DNA from: Ignavibacteriales bacterium
GTDB taxonomy: Bacteria; Bacteroidota; Ignavibacteria; UBA10030
Reading direction: 5' to 3'
NCBI GenBank assembly: GCA_026390575.1
Contig: JAPLFR010000015.1
Span: forward strand, 107,101 to 171,100
Length of the DNA stretch: 64,000 nucleotides
Under the pieces are notes generated by a model that was not told where the DNA came from, ran no database searches, and was given only the letters and a program-made list of their open reading frames with translations. A program made the position numbers and the translations under genes. Each line of letters starts with the position of its first letter. The stretch's first letter is position 1. Shown one piece after another: positions 11,501 to 20,321 of the stretch.

Positions 11501-11577
11501 GTGGATTTTCTGTTTCGAGTTTTATCTTGTTCTTTGGTCTTCCTGTGATTTACCGATTGCTCCATAAAGCTTCGTAA
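8518..11577 (+). CDS. Efflux RND transporter permease subunit (AcrB/CzcA/CusA superfamily, about 1019 aa)
   Basis: 12-TM architecture with two large periplasmic loops. N-terminus MSLFEYVHHHAKAILF…FPDITFPRIVI is typical of CzcA/CusA-like heavy-metal-efflux members. Confidence 0.9.
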   Translation: MSLFEYVHHHAKAILFTVTVLVLSGIALTLHMPISLFPDITFPRIVILADNGEQPAERMMVEVTKPLEEVASSIPGVKLVRSITGRGSTEISIGLDWGTNVQQTLQFLQGRISNVRNTLPASASIQAEQMSVAVFPIHGYSLTSDKLSLVELRDIALYQIRPVLMKVKGVAKVEVTGGDTREFLVTVSPEKLAAYRLDIRQVADAVQKTNFISSTGIVNNNFQMYLALVSGLFKTTDDIKAVVIAVQGGVPIKVSDVAEVKPSVEDKFIRTTAHGQDAVLINIVKQPTGSTVQIGEDVTAEIANLHLPANVRFENWYDQGDFIISSILSTRDSILIGVVLAMIVVFLFLRSWRISLVMLMVVPATIASTFACLYSVGLTINIMTLGGIAAAVGLIIDDSIVVIENIFTHFSKHQPERGTVRAPGFAKTASASLSGLMPAIMGSTASTIVIHIPLAFLGGVTGAFFASLSITMVFAMLISFLFSITLAPLLAMLLVRENDIEHELERHNHPSQFAAWYEHTLRQLLKYRLLIIPVAFIILGATYILYNHIGNDFMPEMDEGTFVLDYKSPSGTSMDETNRILMNVEHILMAIPEVESYSRRSGTQLGFFLTEPNDGDFLVKLKKDRSRGIDEVIAEVREKVESSEPRLQIEFGQLMMDVIGDLTNNPSPVEIKLFGDDTPLLHATAEKVAAFIETIPGVVDVSKGIIISGPSFIVNVDAVKASIAGLNPADVRDQLETIMRGRSETQIQKGEKLVAVRVRFPDGYRTDVDKIEQVQFVNPNGVRVPLRNIATIQKTSGQAELHREGLRQLVAVTARIDGRDLGRTVEEIQQKLANELPLPKGITIEYGGVYQTQQESFRGLLLVSLAAFMLVFIVLLLEFGEFAVPFSIFIVNVLSLFGVLGALWLTGVSFNISSFVGVIMIIGIVAENAIFVLHSVKVFQAEGLHLEDALVRAGQMRARPILMTTLAAVFALLPLAIGIGAGAQMQRPLAIAIIGGFSVSSFILFFGLPVIYRLLHKAS

Positions 11578-11693
11578 AATTCCTTGGTGAGACGTTCAAT
11601 TCCTGCCCGCCAAGATTTTTGGCGCGGAAGAATGAGTACCGATACCGATGAGTTGTTTGGTGGATAGAAGGCGGCTGTTGAAACGATAGTTAT

Positions 11694-12539
11694 ATGAAAG
11701 GAAAAATTATGAAGAAGAAAATATTTATCGGCATCGGAATATCAGTGCTCGTCATACTCATAGGTGCAGTCATCGTATTGTATCCTATGATCCGTTTTAT
11801 GACACAGAAAGAAATTGTCCAGATTGATCCAACGCTGACATTGGTATTGGGTGGTGGCGGCAACAGCGGTATTATTATTGGCGATAGTGCTGTTGTTGTT
11901 ATCGATACAAAAATGATGGGCAATTCAGAAGACCTGTACAAGCTTGCAAAGGAAAGAACGGGTCAAAAACCTATAATCGTGATTAACACACATTATCACA
12001 AAGATCACGTAAGTGGAAACAAGTTCTACAAGGGAAGTAAAATCTATATCGGGAGTTATGGAAAAGAATTTCTTCTAAAAAATATCGATGCAGAGAATCA
12101 ACCGACAGATTTTGTGAAGGACAGTCTCGTGATCGATCTTGGTAATGAGAAAGTGCATCTTTATAATATTGGCCAAGGTCATACCACGAACGATCTTGTA
12201 GTTTATCTATCCAATCGCCATATTCTCTTTACTGGAGATTTAGTATTCTATCGAATCAATCCTGTTTTAAAGAAGGAGAGTGGAGCAAATGTTTCTCGTT
12301 GGATATGTTTATTGGATACCATTGTAAGCCGATGGGGAGACAGTAAAATTGTTCCCGGGCATGGACAGGTTGGTGACAAAGAATTAGTGATTACATTGCG
12401 TCAATATTTTGTCGATATGACTGCTGCTGTCACAGATCCAAGTAAAAAAGATAAATATAAGGATTGGTTGACAATGCCAGGGATGGCATCACCGGAAAAG
12501 ACAGTCGAGTTTATAAGAAATTCTGGGGAGAAGAAGTAA
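11694..12539 (+). CDS. MBL-fold metallo-hydrolase
   Basis: HxHxDH motif (THYHKDHVSGN) with downstream His/Asp ligands, plus an N-terminal TM/signal segment. Confidence 0.8.
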   Translation: MKGKIMKKKIFIGIGISVLVILIGAVIVLYPMIRFMTQKEIVQIDPTLTLVLGGGGNSGIIIGDSAVVVIDTKMMGNSEDLYKLAKERTGQKPIIVINTHYHKDHVSGNKFYKGSKIYIGSYGKEFLLKNIDAENQPTDFVKDSLVIDLGNEKVHLYNIGQGHTTNDLVVYLSNRHILFTGDLVFYRINPVLKKESGANVSRWICLLDTIVSRWGDSKIVPGHGQVGDKELVITLRQYFVDMTAAVTDPSKKDKYKDWLTMPGMASPEKTVEFIRNSGEKK

Positions 12540-12587
12540 TCAAAGAAGCTAACCTCCCGCATTGACACGGCGAATTTTTCTTGGTGA

Positions 12588-13019
12588 ATGTGGTGTGACG
12601 TGATTCAGATACGGAAACAGAACGAAGGTGAAGAGATAAAGATTGTGGCTCGCCTACGTTGCGAAGCAACTCCGCCGGGTAAAAAGGGAAATCCTCGTAG
12701 GGATTTGATTTATCAAATCTCTGTGAAGAAGGATGTGATGTCTTATAAGGACGTGATAAATCACGTCTCTACAGAAGCAAAAAACCATTGCACCCATAGT
12801 CATTTCCTCGAAAGTGAGAATTCAGAACCGAGGAACATCACAGATCTGGATGTCCGCTTGATCCTGCAAAAAGCGCGGGACGCACAAAACGCTAATCCGC
12901 GAGCATGTCAGAAAAAGCAGATAGAGCATAACCCAAGATTCGATTTCATAGACCCTTCGAATCAATCCACCTGTTTCTCATTTGACAACACCAGCATTGA
13001 AACTAAAATATCTTTTTGA
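12588..13019 (+). CDS. Hypothetical protein (weak call; the region contains two perfect palindromes and could be regulatory or ncRNA instead)
   Basis: 143-aa ORF with no recognisable motif, only a GGTG-type RBS, and hydrophilic low-complexity composition. Confidence 0.3.
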   Translation: MWCDVIQIRKQNEGEEIKIVARLRCEATPPGKKGNPRRDLIYQISVKKDVMSYKDVINHVSTEAKNHCTHSHFLESENSEPRNITDLDVRLILQKARDAQNANPRACQKKQIEHNPRFDFIDPSNQSTCFSFDNTSIETKISF

Positions 13020-13060
13020 CTGTTCAACAATGAGGTAAGGATAGTCTATGAAGGATACTT

Positions 13061-14137
13061 ATGAAGATGAAGTTTGTATCATTACTGATAAGCGTTCTCG
13101 TCATTTCAAGTTGTGCAAAAACGGACTTTAAAAATATGAATACAGGATTATTACCGGAAAATGGACAAGGATTGGAAACTGCAACTTTTGCAGGCGGATG
13201 TTTTTGGTGTGTGGAGACAGCGTTTGAAGATTTAGATGGCGTTAAGAAAGTTGTGTCCGGTTATTCGGGCGGACATGTGAAGGATCCTACGTATGAGGAA
13301 GTCTGCACTGGAACAACAGGCCACCTTGAGTCTGTTCAGATTGTGTTTGATCCGCAGCTTATCAGTTATTCTGAACTGGTTGACATATTCTGGAAACAAA
13401 TCGATCCTACAGATGCGGGTGGTTCTTTTGTCGATAGAGGATCGCAATACCTCTCAGCTATTTTCTATCACAACGATGCACAAAAAAATATTGCCGAATC
13501 ATCAAAAACTGAACTGGACACATCCGGGATATTTGATAAACCTATAGCTACGAAAATTATTCAATTCACCTCATTTTATCCTGCCGAAGATTACCACCAG
13601 CAGTATTGTAAAAAGAATCCAGTTCGATATTACAGTTATCGAAGCGCATCAGGCAGAGATCAATTTATCAAAGCAGCCTGGGGAGATATAGGATTATCGA
13701 AATACAAAAAGCCAGCGAAAGAAGATCTGAAGAAAAAACTCACAGACATGCAATATGAAGTAACGGCTCAATGTGGGACTGAACCGGCTTTTAATAACGC
13801 TTATTGGAACAATAAAAAGGTTGGCATTTATGTAGATGTCGTTTCCGGCGAACCATTATTTAGCTCGACAGATAAGTTTGACTCGGGCACAGGGTGGCCA
13901 AGTTTTACTAAACCGATTGATTCGCGATACATCGTGAAGAAGAAAGATTCGACTGCATATATGGAACGAATTGAAGTACGAAGTAAATCAGGCGATTCAC
14001 ATTTGGGACATGTCTTCGATGATGGACCCACTCCAACGCACTTGCGATATTGTATCAATTCTGCATCGCTGAAATTCATTCCAAAAGAAGACATGGAAAA
14101 AGAGGGCTACGGATATCTACTGTGGATATTCAAGTAA
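13061..14137 (+). CDS. msrAB: Bifunctional peptide-methionine sulfoxide reductase MsrA/MsrB, lipoprotein/periplasmic
   Basis: MsrA active site GCFWCVE. MsrB motifs GTGWPSF and [10 protein letters not shown]. Lipoprotein signal [20 protein letters not shown]. Confidence 0.9.
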   Translation: MKMKFVSLLISVLVISSCAKTDFKNMNTGLLPENGQGLETATFAGGCFWCVETAFEDLDGVKKVVSGYSGGHVKDPTYEEVCTGTTGHLESVQIVFDPQLISYSELVDIFWKQIDPTDAGGSFVDRGSQYLSAIFYHNDAQKNIAESSKTELDTSGIFDKPIATKIIQFTSFYPAEDYHQQYCKKNPVRYYSYRSASGRDQFIKAAWGDIGLSKYKKPAKEDLKKKLTDMQYEVTAQCGTEPAFNNAYWNNKKVGIYVDVVSGEPLFSSTDKFDSGTGWPSFTKPIDSRYIVKKKDSTAYMERIEVRSKSGDSHLGHVFDDGPTPTHLRYCINSASLKFIPKEDMEKEGYGYLLWIFK

Positions 14138-14618
14138 ATCAAGAACCTTAGAGATGCTTTTAAATCTCAAATCGCAACCTACAAATATCAAACAAAACAT
14201 AAAGTTACAAAACAGATATGTATCTTTTGTCATTGAACACTTGGATTTGGTAATTGTGTGAAGCTTGATATTTGGAAATCGAGAATTTTTACATACCTCA
14301 AAAAAAGCTTTAAAAATATAAATTTCCACCAAAAATCATTTCATAATCCGTTGTCGTACTTCAGTGGTTCATCTTTTACTTTCTTCGGCGGTGCACCAAA
14401 ACGATAAGCAATAGCAAAGTAAACGACCTGGAAATTTTAAGTATTCATTAGACATCCATAAAAGACACTAACCCCATTCAACCTGTCGAACTATTGCGGA
14501 GTCTAATGAAAAGAAGGTATAGTGTGCATTAATTATCAGAAACATTTTTATTATGTATCCGTTCATTATCAAGAGATGTTAAATAAAACGCTTTTATAAA
14601 AACAAGAAAGGATAATAT

Positions 14619-15017
14619 ATGTCGACCGCTCTCAAACGAACGACCATAGGACTTGTCGTTATCATTGGAATTTCAATATTGTCTTCCACTTTGACACAAG
14701 CGCAGCCAAAAATACAGATGCAGCGAATGTCTGTAGAGAATCATGTCAAGATTTTAAAAGACAGTTTGAAACTGAGCGATAAACAAACCACCAAAATCAT
14801 AAAAATTCTGGAAGACCAGCGCGAAGAAATAGTCACTGCGTTGAATGAACATCGTGATGATCGAAGTGCGTTGCAAGCGGCAAGGAAAGAAATTACGAAG
14901 AAAGCTGAGCAAAATATTAAATCCATTCTCACAGAAGATCAGGCAAAGAAGTTTGATGAAATGATAAAACAACGTAACGCGCGTATGGAACGACGGACAC
15001 GATCAAGCGGTAAGTAA
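14619..15017 (+). CDS. Periplasmic Spy/CpxP-like protein (LTXXQ motif family)
   Basis: Signal peptide, a helical K/E-rich body, and two LxxxQ repeats (LSDKQTTKI, LTEDQAKKF). Confidence 0.6.
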   Translation: MSTALKRTTIGLVVIIGISILSSTLTQAQPKIQMQRMSVENHVKILKDSLKLSDKQTTKIIKILEDQREEIVTALNEHRDDRSALQAARKEITKKAEQNIKSILTEDQAKKFDEMIKQRNARMERRTRSSGK

Positions 15018-15184
15018 ATTACGCAGCCGCAGTGTCAACACAAAGCCGGGCCGGTGGACCTGGCTTTTGTTTTTTTTTGTATCTCAAACCTCCCTAAACA
15101 AATCTTGCAGAATTTCTTATTGTGGTCTTTCTTGCTTCTCTCTCCATTTCTCGGTACTTTTTTTAAAATATCCTACGGAATTCA

Positions 15185-15682
15185 ATGCAACCTTACATAC
15201 GTTCTGCCCTTATCGTTCTCGGATTGTTGCTGCTCCAAACCACATTTCTCCCCTTCATTGCGCTTGGCGGATATCTTCCCGATCTCTTCATATTCTATCT
15301 GGTGTATATTGCGCTGCGGCGCGGACAAATTGAAGCAACCATCAGTGGATTCATCATCGGATTACTGCAGGATATACTCACAACACAGTTTTTTGGCTTG
15401 GCGGCACTTTCTAAAACTATTGCCGGATTCGTTGCAGGATATTTTTTTAATGAAAACACAGCAGAACAAACTCTTGGTTCGTACCGATATGTGTTGCTGG
15501 TTGCACTTTGTTCCGTTGTTCATAATCTTCTCTACTTCATATTTTTTTTCCAAGGGAGCAACGACTCTGTATTGTTTTCTACGATTGAATATACCATGGG
15601 AACGACTCTCTATACGTGCGTCATCAGCGTCCTGCCGATGTTTTTCTTTTCCAGAAAATATAACACTCCTTGGGCACAATGA
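15185..15682 (+). CDS. mreD: Rod shape-determining protein MreD
   Basis: About 165-aa polytopic membrane protein immediately upstream of and overlapping PBP2 (mrdA) and rodA. Confidence 0.7.
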   Translation: MQPYIRSALIVLGLLLLQTTFLPFIALGGYLPDLFIFYLVYIALRRGQIEATISGFIIGLLQDILTTQFFGLAALSKTIAGFVAGYFFNENTAEQTLGSYRYVLLVALCSVVHNLLYFIFFFQGSNDSVLFSTIEYTMGTTLYTCVISVLPMFFFSRKYNTPWAQ

Positions 15683-17520
15683 TTAATGTAGAAGAAATTG
15701 GCGCCCCATTGCGGAAGCGGGTACTGACCATTATTATTGTTTCAGCGTTTGTATTCTTGGTACTTCGGCTTTACCAGTTGCAATTATTATATCATACAGA
15801 GTTTGGGAGGAAATCCGATGAGAACAGTGTGCGAACAATTATCAAAGAACCGGTGCGCGGGTATATGTTTGATCGCAACGGCCTGTTAGTTGTAGATGAT
15901 GGTCCGGCATATTCGATCACTGTAACGCCGGCCACGTTTGATACCATGGCACTCTCTTTCTTTAGTTCGCTTCTCCAGATGGAACCATTGGTGATTCAAG
16001 AACGCCTCAATCGCGGCCGTATATATTCGCGGTTCTCTCCCGTTCGCATCAAACGGGACGTCGATTTTAAAACGCTTACGGCAGTGGAAGAGAATCTCTA
16101 TCAACTCTCCGGTGTATCGTATGAAATTGAATCGAAACGCATCTATCCATTTAATGTCCGTGCGCCGCATCTGCTTGGATATTGTAAGGAAATTACCGAT
16201 GCACAGCTTGCAAAAGTTGGCAGTGCATATCAACAAGGTGATATTATTGGCTCTTCCGGTTTGGAGGCAAGTTACGAAACGTTCTTACGCGGCGAAAAGG
16301 GATTTGAGTTCATCTCGGTAAATTCCAAGGGGCAATTATTAGGACCGCTTGATGGAGGACGGCGTGACATTCCTTCGAAAGAAGGATTCGATTTGAATCT
16401 GAGTGTTGACTTCGGTCTCCAGATGCTTGCCGAATCTTTGATGGTCAATTATCGGGGTGCATTGGTTGCTATCGATCCCAATGACGGTGGTGTGCTTGCG
16501 CTCGTGAGTAAACCGGATTTTGATCCATCTGTCTTCAGCGGTGTAACATCTGTTGAAGTATGGAATCAATTGAATAATGATCCAGATAAATCGCTCTTCA
16601 ATCGCGCCACCATGACGCGCTACCCGCCAGGTTCTACGTTTAAAATGCTCATTGCATCAGCGGCGCTTGAAGAAGGAATTATCGACGAACATTTTCGTAT
16701 CACATGCAACGGGGCGTACCGATTCGGCAATAAAACCTTCAAAGATCTCCATGTCCATGGTTCTATGAATGTTGTAGAAGCAATTCAACATTCATGCAAT
16801 GTATTTTTTTATCAACTCATTCTCAAAATTGGACTTGATAATCTCTACAAATACGGCAAGCGGTTTGGGTTCGGTCAGCCAACAGGTTTTGATATCGGTG
16901 AAGAAACAGCGGGCATTCTTCCTTCTGTCGAATACTACAACCGCGTCTATGGAAAAGGAAAATGGACGCAAGGATATCTTGTAAGTCTCGGTGTCGGCCA
17001 AGGTGAAGTTGGTGTCTCGCCTATGCAGATGGCGCGCTATGCTGCTTTGTTGGCGAACGGGGGCACACTCTTACAGCCGCATGCGGTTAATTCCATTCGT
17101 AATAAACGCACCAACAGTTTCGATGTGATTGATCACAAGGAAAGTTCGGTTGGAATTGATTCGAGCGTCATGAAATTGATCCGTGAAGGCATGCGGCGTG
17201 TTGTGGAAGCGCCCGGCGGCACCGGCGGTATGGCACGCATACCGGGTATCGTTTCAGCCGGGAAGACTGGAACTGCAGAAAATCCACACGGTGCAGATCA
17301 TGCCTGGTATATCGGCTTTGCGCCATTTGATCATCCAAAAATCGCTATTGCTGTGATGTTGGAAAATGCCGGATTCGGCGGAACAAAAGCAGCCCCCATT
17401 GCAGGCAAGGTGATGCAGAAGTACATCTTTGGCGAATTACCGTTGAAAACTATCAGCAGTCCGCGGGCAGCATCAATGAACGACACAACGAAACATTCAC
17501 TGAACACACGAAAGCAATAG
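15670..17520 (+). CDS. mrdA: Penicillin-binding protein 2 (elongasome transpeptidase)
   Basis: N-terminal TM segment and PBP dimerisation domain. Transpeptidase motifs STFK and SxN/KTG. Sits between mreD and rodA. Confidence 0.9.
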   Translation: MGTMINVEEIGAPLRKRVLTIIIVSAFVFLVLRLYQLQLLYHTEFGRKSDENSVRTIIKEPVRGYMFDRNGLLVVDDGPAYSITVTPATFDTMALSFFSSLLQMEPLVIQERLNRGRIYSRFSPVRIKRDVDFKTLTAVEENLYQLSGVSYEIESKRIYPFNVRAPHLLGYCKEITDAQLAKVGSAYQQGDIIGSSGLEASYETFLRGEKGFEFISVNSKGQLLGPLDGGRRDIPSKEGFDLNLSVDFGLQMLAESLMVNYRGALVAIDPNDGGVLALVSKPDFDPSVFSGVTSVEVWNQLNNDPDKSLFNRATMTRYPPGSTFKMLIASAALEEGIIDEHFRITCNGAYRFGNKTFKDLHVHGSMNVVEAIQHSCNVFFYQLILKIGLDNLYKYGKRFGFGQPTGFDIGEETAGILPSVEYYNRVYGKGKWTQGYLVSLGVGQGEVGVSPMQMARYAALLANGGTLLQPHAVNSIRNKRTNSFDVIDHKESSVGIDSSVMKLIREGMRRVVEAPGGTGGMARIPGIVSAGKTGTAENPHGADHAWYIGFAPFDHPKIAIAVMLENAGFGGTKAAPIAGKVMQKYIFGELPLKTISSPRAASMNDTTKHSLNTRKQ

Positions 17521-17521
17521 T

Positions 17522-18739
17522 ATGTTTTCTTACTTGAAAGAATATTTTGATTTCCGTGCATGCCTCATCTGTCTTGCTTTGGTGATCATTGGCTTGATGT
17601 CAATCTATAGCGCAACATTTGACATCAACAATGCGACAAATTTCTATAGACAGGCCCTCTGGGCTGGAATTGGCTTCATCGTCATGATGGTTACAGCTTT
17701 CATTCCTCTTCGCACTGTACAGCGTTTATCGTTCGCATTTTATTTTTCAACGCTTGCTGTACTTTTCATTGTTCTTGTGGTTGGCAGTACAGTCAAAGGA
17801 TCGAAAAGCTGGTTTGGTGTCGGCGGTATCGGAGGACAACCATCTGAGTTTGCGAAGATTGCAACCGTGCTCGCATTTGCATCGTATCTTTCAAAAACAG
17901 ATGTTTCTATTTCGCAGATTAAACATCTTGTCGTAGCGTTGTGCATCTTTGCTATGCCCATGTTCCTCATCCTTGCAGAGCCCGATCTTGGAACAACCAT
18001 TGTATTTTTTGCAACACTGCTGCCGCTTCTTTACTGGGCAGGCGTTTCAAATTTTATTCTTATTGCCATTCTCGTCCCGATTCTTGTTGCATTGGGCGCG
18101 CTCTTAGGCACGGCACAATTTCTCATTGCATCGATTCTCGGAGCGACCTTATTATATATCTTCCGTGCGAATCGATTCGCATTTGCGGTTGCTTTCGCGA
18201 TTGCTCTTGCCATCGGACTTTCAGTGCAAATTATGTACGAGCACATGCATGTATATCAACAAAAAAGAATTACGACATTTCTCAATCCTGAAGCCGACCA
18301 ATTGGGTGCTGGATACAATGTCGTACAGTCGAAAATTGCCATCGGCTCCGGCGGATTTAGGGGGAAAGGTTTTTTAAAAGGAACGCAAACACAGCTTAAT
18401 TACATTCCTGAACAATGGACAGATTTTATTTTCTGCGTTCAGGGAGAAGAGTTTGGGTTTCTCGGCGCTTCTTTGGTCTTAGTCTTGTTTGCGGCATTAT
18501 CGTTACACGGATTGAAGGTGGCGAATATTTCTAAAAATAAATTCGGAAGTTTATCGGCAATTGGTATTACCGGCATTCTCACGACGCATACAGTCATAAA
18601 CACCGGTATGGCCATGGGAATGATGCCGGTCATCGGCCTGCCGCTTCCTTTTATGAGTTACGGCGGCTCTGCGCTTATCGCAAATATGACGATGGTCGGT
18701 TTGCTGATGAACTTCTATGCCAATAGAAAAGAATATTGA
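17522..18739 (+). CDS. rodA: SEDS-family peptidoglycan polymerase RodA
   Basis: 10-TM SEDS protein (…GGQPSEFAKI…) immediately after PBP2. Confidence 0.9.
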   Translation: MFSYLKEYFDFRACLICLALVIIGLMSIYSATFDINNATNFYRQALWAGIGFIVMMVTAFIPLRTVQRLSFAFYFSTLAVLFIVLVVGSTVKGSKSWFGVGGIGGQPSEFAKIATVLAFASYLSKTDVSISQIKHLVVALCIFAMPMFLILAEPDLGTTIVFFATLLPLLYWAGVSNFILIAILVPILVALGALLGTAQFLIASILGATLLYIFRANRFAFAVAFAIALAIGLSVQIMYEHMHVYQQKRITTFLNPEADQLGAGYNVVQSKIAIGSGGFRGKGFLKGTQTQLNYIPEQWTDFIFCVQGEEFGFLGASLVLVLFAALSLHGLKVANISKNKFGSLSAIGITGILTTHTVINTGMAMGMMPVIGLPLPFMSYGGSALIANMTMVGLLMNFYANRKEY

Positions 18740-18849
18740 ATACAACAAGAGCTATACGTAAAACGATGATAGTGAGTAGGGGGGATCAGTTCATATCATT
18801 TGAAGTTGATATGAGAGTTCAGGTCAAACGTCGAAGATGAATACAGACA

Positions 18850-18887
18850 AACGCCTCCTTCGTTAATAAAAACTCTGGAGGCGTGCA
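18850..18887. terminator. Bidirectional hairpin between convergent rodA and the peroxiredoxin gene (cgcctcc…ggaggcg)
   Basis: 7-bp GC-rich inverted repeat with an AT-rich loop, located between convergent genes. Confidence 0.45.
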
Positions 18888-18931
18888 TCACTCCATCACT
18901 TTTTACCAACCTATTATTTTATCCGCACAAA

Positions 18932-19495
18932 CTAAATTTTTCCGACCAAATCTAATCCCGGCTTAAGAGTTTTTGCTCCGGGTTTCCAATTCATTGGACA
19001 GACTTCACCGCCATGCTCGGCTACAAATTTTGCCGCCTGCAATTTGCGAATAAGTTCATCAATGCTTCTGCCAATACTGTTGTCATGAATTTCGTACGCT
19101 TTCAAAACACCCTGCGGATCGATGAGAAATGTTCCGCGCAGTGACAGTCCTTCGTCTTCAATAAGTGTACCGTATGCAGAGGAAACACGCCGTGCCGGAT
19201 CGGCAAGCATCGGATATGTAATTTTCTTGATGGTGTCAGAAGTATCATGCCAAGCCTTATGCACAAAGCCTGTATCGACACTGACCGAAATTACTTCCGT
19301 GCCCTCTGCTTTTATTTCGGCATAATGATCCGCCAATTCTCCAAGTTCTGTTGGGCACACAAAAGTAAAATCCGCCGGATAGAAAAATAGAATGACCCAT
19401 TTGCCTCGATAATCCTTAAGCGAGATCTTTTTAATTTGATCGCTGATATAAGCATCTTCAGTAAAGTCGGGTGCTGGTGCGTTAATCTTAATCAT
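18932..19495 (-). CDS. Typical 2-Cys peroxiredoxin (AhpC/Tsa family)
   Basis: Peroxidatic motif FTFVCPTE and resolving motif GEVCPMNW. Start taken at MIKINAPAPDF (ATG 19495); the ORF extends further to 19543. Confidence 0.85.
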   Translation of the reverse strand: MIKINAPAPDFTEDAYISDQIKKISLKDYRGKWVILFFYPADFTFVCPTELGELADHYAEIKAEGTEVISVSVDTGFVHKAWHDTSDTIKKITYPMLADPARRVSSAYGTLIEDEGLSLRGTFLIDPQGVLKAYEIHDNSIGRSIDELIRKLQAAKFVAEHGGEVCPMNWKPGAKTLKPGLDLVGKI

Positions 19496-19649
19496 AAAAT
19501 TTCCTTTTTCAATTAATGTTAAATTTGAATGATGTATTGTCACGATTCATAACAAGAAAACGGGTGAATGAGGTTCCCAGAGATTTCATTTTTTTCTCTT
19601 AGAACTTCTTACGATCTTTCATTGTGAGAAGAAGAATGGAGAATGATTC

Positions 19650-20255
19650 ATGGGGCAAATAAAAACACTGTTATTTGATCTTGGAAACGTGCTCGCTTAT
19701 ATCGATTTTAATGAATTCTGGCGCTCACTCGGACTTGTGCGTCCAGAAGAAATTGCTCCGTTTGCAGATGGATATAAATCGTGGACACGCCAGTATGAAA
19801 CAGGGTTTATTTCAACAAGCGAATATTTGTCTGGACTTCAATCTGTTTTCGGACGACGTTTTAATGTTAAACAACTAAAACAGGCATTTGAGAATATTAT
19901 ACAAGAACCTGTTGATGGAATGTTAGATATCGTGAAGCATGTATCTCAAGAACACCGAACAGCCTTAGTAAGCGATACTAATGAAATTCATTACAGACTC
20001 AGTCTCAAAAAATTAGTGGTGCTCAGCATTCTTCAGAAACATTATCTCTCATACCAATTACGCGTTATGAAACCGGCTCGTGGATTTTACGACGCAATCA
20101 TTAAAGACCAAAAAATCGATCCCTCTGAAATGCTTCTCATCGATGATCTTATCACAAATGTAAATGGTGCTCAAGCAGCAGGAATGCAAGCAATAAAGTT
20201 TGAAAACCCAGCGAAGTTAGAAAAGACGTTGAAAGATCTTGGTGTTCTTTTATGA
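19650..20255 (+). CDS. HAD-family hydrolase (subfamily IA-like)
   Basis: N-terminal FDLGNVL motif I (the Asp nucleophile) and a C-terminal …IDDL…N… motif. Confidence 0.7.
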   Translation: MGQIKTLLFDLGNVLAYIDFNEFWRSLGLVRPEEIAPFADGYKSWTRQYETGFISTSEYLSGLQSVFGRRFNVKQLKQAFENIIQEPVDGMLDIVKHVSQEHRTALVSDTNEIHYRLSLKKLVVLSILQKHYLSYQLRVMKPARGFYDAIIKDQKIDPSEMLLIDDLITNVNGAQAAGMQAIKFENPAKLEKTLKDLGVLL

Positions 20256-20321
20256 TTACACTGATTACGCTGATTGATCACGGATGACAGATTTCATGGT
20301 GAGACACATCCGCGAAATCGA

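Noticed and set aside
12540-13060. Considered RNase P RNA, tmRNA or SRP RNA in the gap between the MBL hydrolase and msrAB
   Set aside because: No GGAAAGTCC P4/CR-I box, no tRNA-like 3' end or tag-peptide ORF, and no SRP domain IV GAAGCAGCCA motif. Only loose resemblance.
15054-15686. 210-aa plus-strand ORF overlapping mreD in another frame
   Set aside because: The alternative frame (15185-15682) gives a polytopic membrane protein in the conserved mreD slot upstream of mrdA. The 210-aa frame is Cys/Ser-rich with no features.
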